Shown: positions 55,572 through 58,028 of the stretch, in pieces
Layout of the letters: each line of letters opens with the position of its first letter
How positions within the stretch are numbered: the first letter of the stretch is position 1
Source of the DNA: Eubacteriales bacterium
GTDB lineage: Bacteria > Bacillota > Clostridia > Oscillospirales > CAG-382
DNA length: 58,028 nt
Reading direction: 5' to 3'
Assembly (NCBI GenBank): GCA_045636665.1
Contig: JAZTXY010000130.1
Span: 1-58,028 of the forward strand
Position numbers and translations under genes: made by a program
Notes under the pieces: model-generated
Seen by the model: only the letters and a program-made list of their open reading frames with translations
What the model was told of the DNA's origin: nothing
The model's database searches: none

Positions 55572-57434
55572 ATGCTTTTAATAATAACAAGAAGAAAAAA
55601 CGATATAAGCGATATTCTTTCATCGGCAACCGATACGAAAATATTAACTCCGCTTGAAGCCGAAAACGAGGACTTTTCGCAATATTCATCACTTGCGCTC
55701 ATCGGCGGAACCGAGGACAAGCCGATGATGTTGACCGCATATCTGCGAACCAAGGCAGAGGAGTTTGCAAAAAGCGGCAAGCCTATATTCCTTGAATATG
55801 TTCCGTCGTTCGCTTGTGTTTATTCGGCGCAACCGATTCAAATAACCTCGCACCGCTTGGTTTCCTATTGCGACCTTACCGACGAAATAAAAAAGGGCGA
55901 CCTGCTTGACAGTCATTATAATCAATATATCAGACCGCATTTTCTTATGCCGAACACAAAGGCATTGATGTATTACCGTCAATATACCCCTGCTCACGAT
56001 AGGCTTGACGGCGATAAAGAGGAACTGTCTTCAAACGATATTGCTCTGTTTTCCTATGAAAACGTTCTTTTCTGCGCATTCCGAATGAGTGATTATCTTA
56101 AAGCGTCGTTTGCGCCGACAAAGCGTTGGAATTCCTTGGTAGGCTTTATTTGCGAATTTTTGAACGTCGGAACGCCCGAAAGCTTTGGAAAAACCGCATA
56201 TTCAGTCAAGGGCGAATTAAAGGGCGACTTTTTTGAGGAATTAAATGCTTGCACCGACAAGAGCATTAACCTTTTGAAAAACCACCTCGTCACCCCCGAC
56301 GGCAAATACGGAATAAAAGAGGGCTTGAGCCACAACATCCGCCCCGACGGAAGGCGAATTGTTGCCGACGTTGTCCGTACCGACTGCACGGGCGAGGCGG
56401 CAGGCGCGTTTATCTTTTCGTTCAATAAGGAATTGACCGATATTGCTGACAATATGTATTCGCTTTGCTACGGCCCGCTTACCGTAAAAGGCGGTGAATA
56501 CGACGGAATGGTGCGCTGGACCGAAGAAGCTTGGGAGGTTTGTTATCAGGACGACGTTGCCCGTGCGATAATCCCCTCTCTCCTTGCCTCGTATTTCGGA
56601 ATTACCGATAAATATGTCGAAAGCGCTTGTCACGCGCTTAACTTCCTTTGCGAAACGACGCCGAAAAACGGGCTTCGACCTGCAAGAACCGACGTGTTGG
56701 AATTTATGAAAAGCGGAAAGCCGATAAGATCGCTTACCGAGGAGGAGGGCGGACTCGCAAGCGCGCATTATAACGCATATTACAGCGCCGCACTGCTTTT
56801 GGGTTATATTTTGACCGATAACGAAGGCTTCAAGACCGTCGGCGTTAAGGGCTTGGAAACACTTATGTCGCTTTATCCCGACACGGTGCGCGAGCACAGC
56901 GAAACAAGTGAGCTTTGCCGTCTTATCCTTCCGCTTGCGATTCTTTACAAGGCAACGGGAGATACAAAGCACAAGGAGATGCTTTACAAGGTTTTTGCCG
57001 ACCTCAATTCGCATAAGCACAAAAACGGAGGCTTTTGTGAATGGGATACCGACTACAAGGCGACCTGCTTTAACAATGCAGGCGGTGAATGCTCGCTCCT
57101 CTCCAAAAACGGCGATAACGTTGCCGACCTGCTTTATTCGTTGAATTGGCTCCCGCTTGGCTTTGCTCTTGCTTGGCAGGTGACGGGCGACGATGCTTTT
57201 TATAACGCTTGGCGCGAAATTTGCGAATTTTTCATCAAAGCGCAGCTTGTAAGCGACGATATATTGGTACACGGCGGCTGGTGCCGCGGTATCGACCTTG
57301 ACCGACTTGAATATTTCGGCATCCCCCACGACGTGGGCTGGGGTCCCTGCTGTATCGAAACCGGTTGGACGGTTGCCGAAATTACAATGGGTATGCTTGT
57401 CGGCAAAGCGCTTAAAGAGGGCAAAATCAAATAA
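55572..57434 (+). CDS. Hypothetical protein with probable (alpha/alpha)-barrel C-terminal domain
   Basis: 620-aa ORF with AAGGA RBS; helical repeats LYKATGD..KEML and AWQVTGDDAFY typical of six-hairpin glycosidase-like folds. Confidence 0.65.
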   Translation: MLLIITRRKNDISDILSSATDTKILTPLEAENEDFSQYSSLALIGGTEDKPMMLTAYLRTKAEEFAKSGKPIFLEYVPSFACVYSAQPIQITSHRLVSYCDLTDEIKKGDLLDSHYNQYIRPHFLMPNTKALMYYRQYTPAHDRLDGDKEELSSNDIALFSYENVLFCAFRMSDYLKASFAPTKRWNSLVGFICEFLNVGTPESFGKTAYSVKGELKGDFFEELNACTDKSINLLKNHLVTPDGKYGIKEGLSHNIRPDGRRIVADVVRTDCTGEAAGAFIFSFNKELTDIADNMYSLCYGPLTVKGGEYDGMVRWTEEAWEVCYQDDVARAIIPSLLASYFGITDKYVESACHALNFLCETTPKNGLRPARTDVLEFMKSGKPIRSLTEEEGGLASAHYNAYYSAALLLGYILTDNEGFKTVGVKGLETLMSLYPDTVREHSETSELCRLILPLAILYKATGDTKHKEMLYKVFADLNSHKHKNGGFCEWDTDYKATCFNNAGGECSLLSKNGDNVADLLYSLNWLPLGFALAWQVTGDDAFYNAWREICEFFIKAQLVSDDILVHGGWCRGIDLDRLEYFGIPHDVGWGPCCIETGWTVAEITMGMLVGKALKEGKIK

Positions 57435-57438
57435 AGAA

Positions 57439-57466
57439 AACGGAAGACGTTTTGCCGTCTTCCGTT
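57439..57466. terminator. Bidirectional terminator
   Basis: AACGGAAGACG...CGTCTTCCGTT between convergent genes. Confidence 0.7.
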
Positions 57467-57471
57467 GTTTT

Positions 57472-58028
57472 TTACTTATTATAATATTTATCCATAACGT
57501 CCAAAACCTTAAGCATGGTTTCGGGCGCGCCTGCGTAATAGGCGGTGGGGTATTTGCCGACGAATTCGCCGAAGCCCTTTTCGTATGCGTAATAACGCGG
57601 AACGTATTCTTCCTTATTGAAGAATTGGTGGTCAATTTCCATTTCAAAGCCGATTTCGGTGTTCGAGGTCTTGACTCCGCCGATAATTTCGCCGTTGATG
57701 TCAACGACCGCTTGCTTTCTCACGCAATCCGAAACGATTCTTATTTCGTCAACACGCGCAGGGTTGAAGAAAAACGAGGGTTGGATTATCGCGGTGTCGA
57801 AAATATCGGTGAGGTTTACGATGTGACCCATATTCTTCGAGGAGGAAGCCGCTTCGTGATAATAGGGTATCCAAAGCATATTCTTGCCGAACGAGCGAAC
57901 ACGGTCGGAAACGGTACGCATTGCATAAACTATCGGGTTGTTAAAGTTTTCCTCGGGCTTATCGTTATCAAAGCGTGTGTAGCCTGCGGTTACAACGTCC
58001 TCGCCCGAGAAGTAAATGCCCTGAACGT
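57472..58028 (-). CDS. DUF4855-like protein, C-terminal part (5' end beyond window)
   Basis: Frame stays open to the window end (VQGIYFSGED...); MLWIPYY, FDTAIIQPSFFF, GFEMEID, AYYAG. Confidence 0.65.
   Translation of the reverse strand, partial: VQGIYFSGEDVVTAGYTRFDNDKPEENFNNPIVYAMRTVSDRVRSFGKNMLWIPYYHEAASSSKNMGHIVNLTDIFDTAIIQPSFFFNPARVDEIRIVSDCVRKQAVVDINGEIIGGVKTSNTEIGFEMEIDHQFFNKEEYVPRYYAYEKGFGEFVGKYPTAYYAGAPETMLKVLDVMDKYYNK

Noticed and set aside
56241..57704. 487-aa minus-strand ORF
   Set aside because: Overlaps two better-supported genes and a terminator; no recognisable domain.

Overview
Chromosomal segment of a Firmicute, most likely a Clostridia/Oscillospirales-type gut anaerobe (inferred from gene content, sigmaA promoters and GGAGG RBSs). 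The first ~7 kb is a visibly AT-rich integrative island whose left end lies outside the window and which abuts the 3' end of tRNA-Ser(CGA). It holds a translationally coupled DinG-MobC-Xis-(Arm/Xis)-tyrosine integrase-double-Xis module and a candidate anti-phage cassette (ThsB-like TIR plus a small membrane protein) bracketed by two ~100-bp palindromic direct repeats. It also holds an IS200 remnant, the C-terminal stump of a second integrase, and an RxxxxH (HEPN-like) gene. Upstream of the tRNA are two further copies of its 5' part, one split in the D-loop by a 110-bp structured insert. The remaining ~50 kb is GC-richer backbone: a 2353-aa NdvB/Cgs-like cyclic beta-1,2-glucan synthase, TepA/ClpP, transporters, and an OmpR-type two-component system followed by two tandem constant-variable-constant secreted paralogs that share a putative regulator box. 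It also carries glycan-related lipoproteins, a long polA-radical SAM-rsmI cluster with a two-cohesin/one-dockerin protein, galK, a dGTPase-like gene and thiN. No CRISPR array or rRNA was seen. All family calls come from motif recognition by eye, not database searches.
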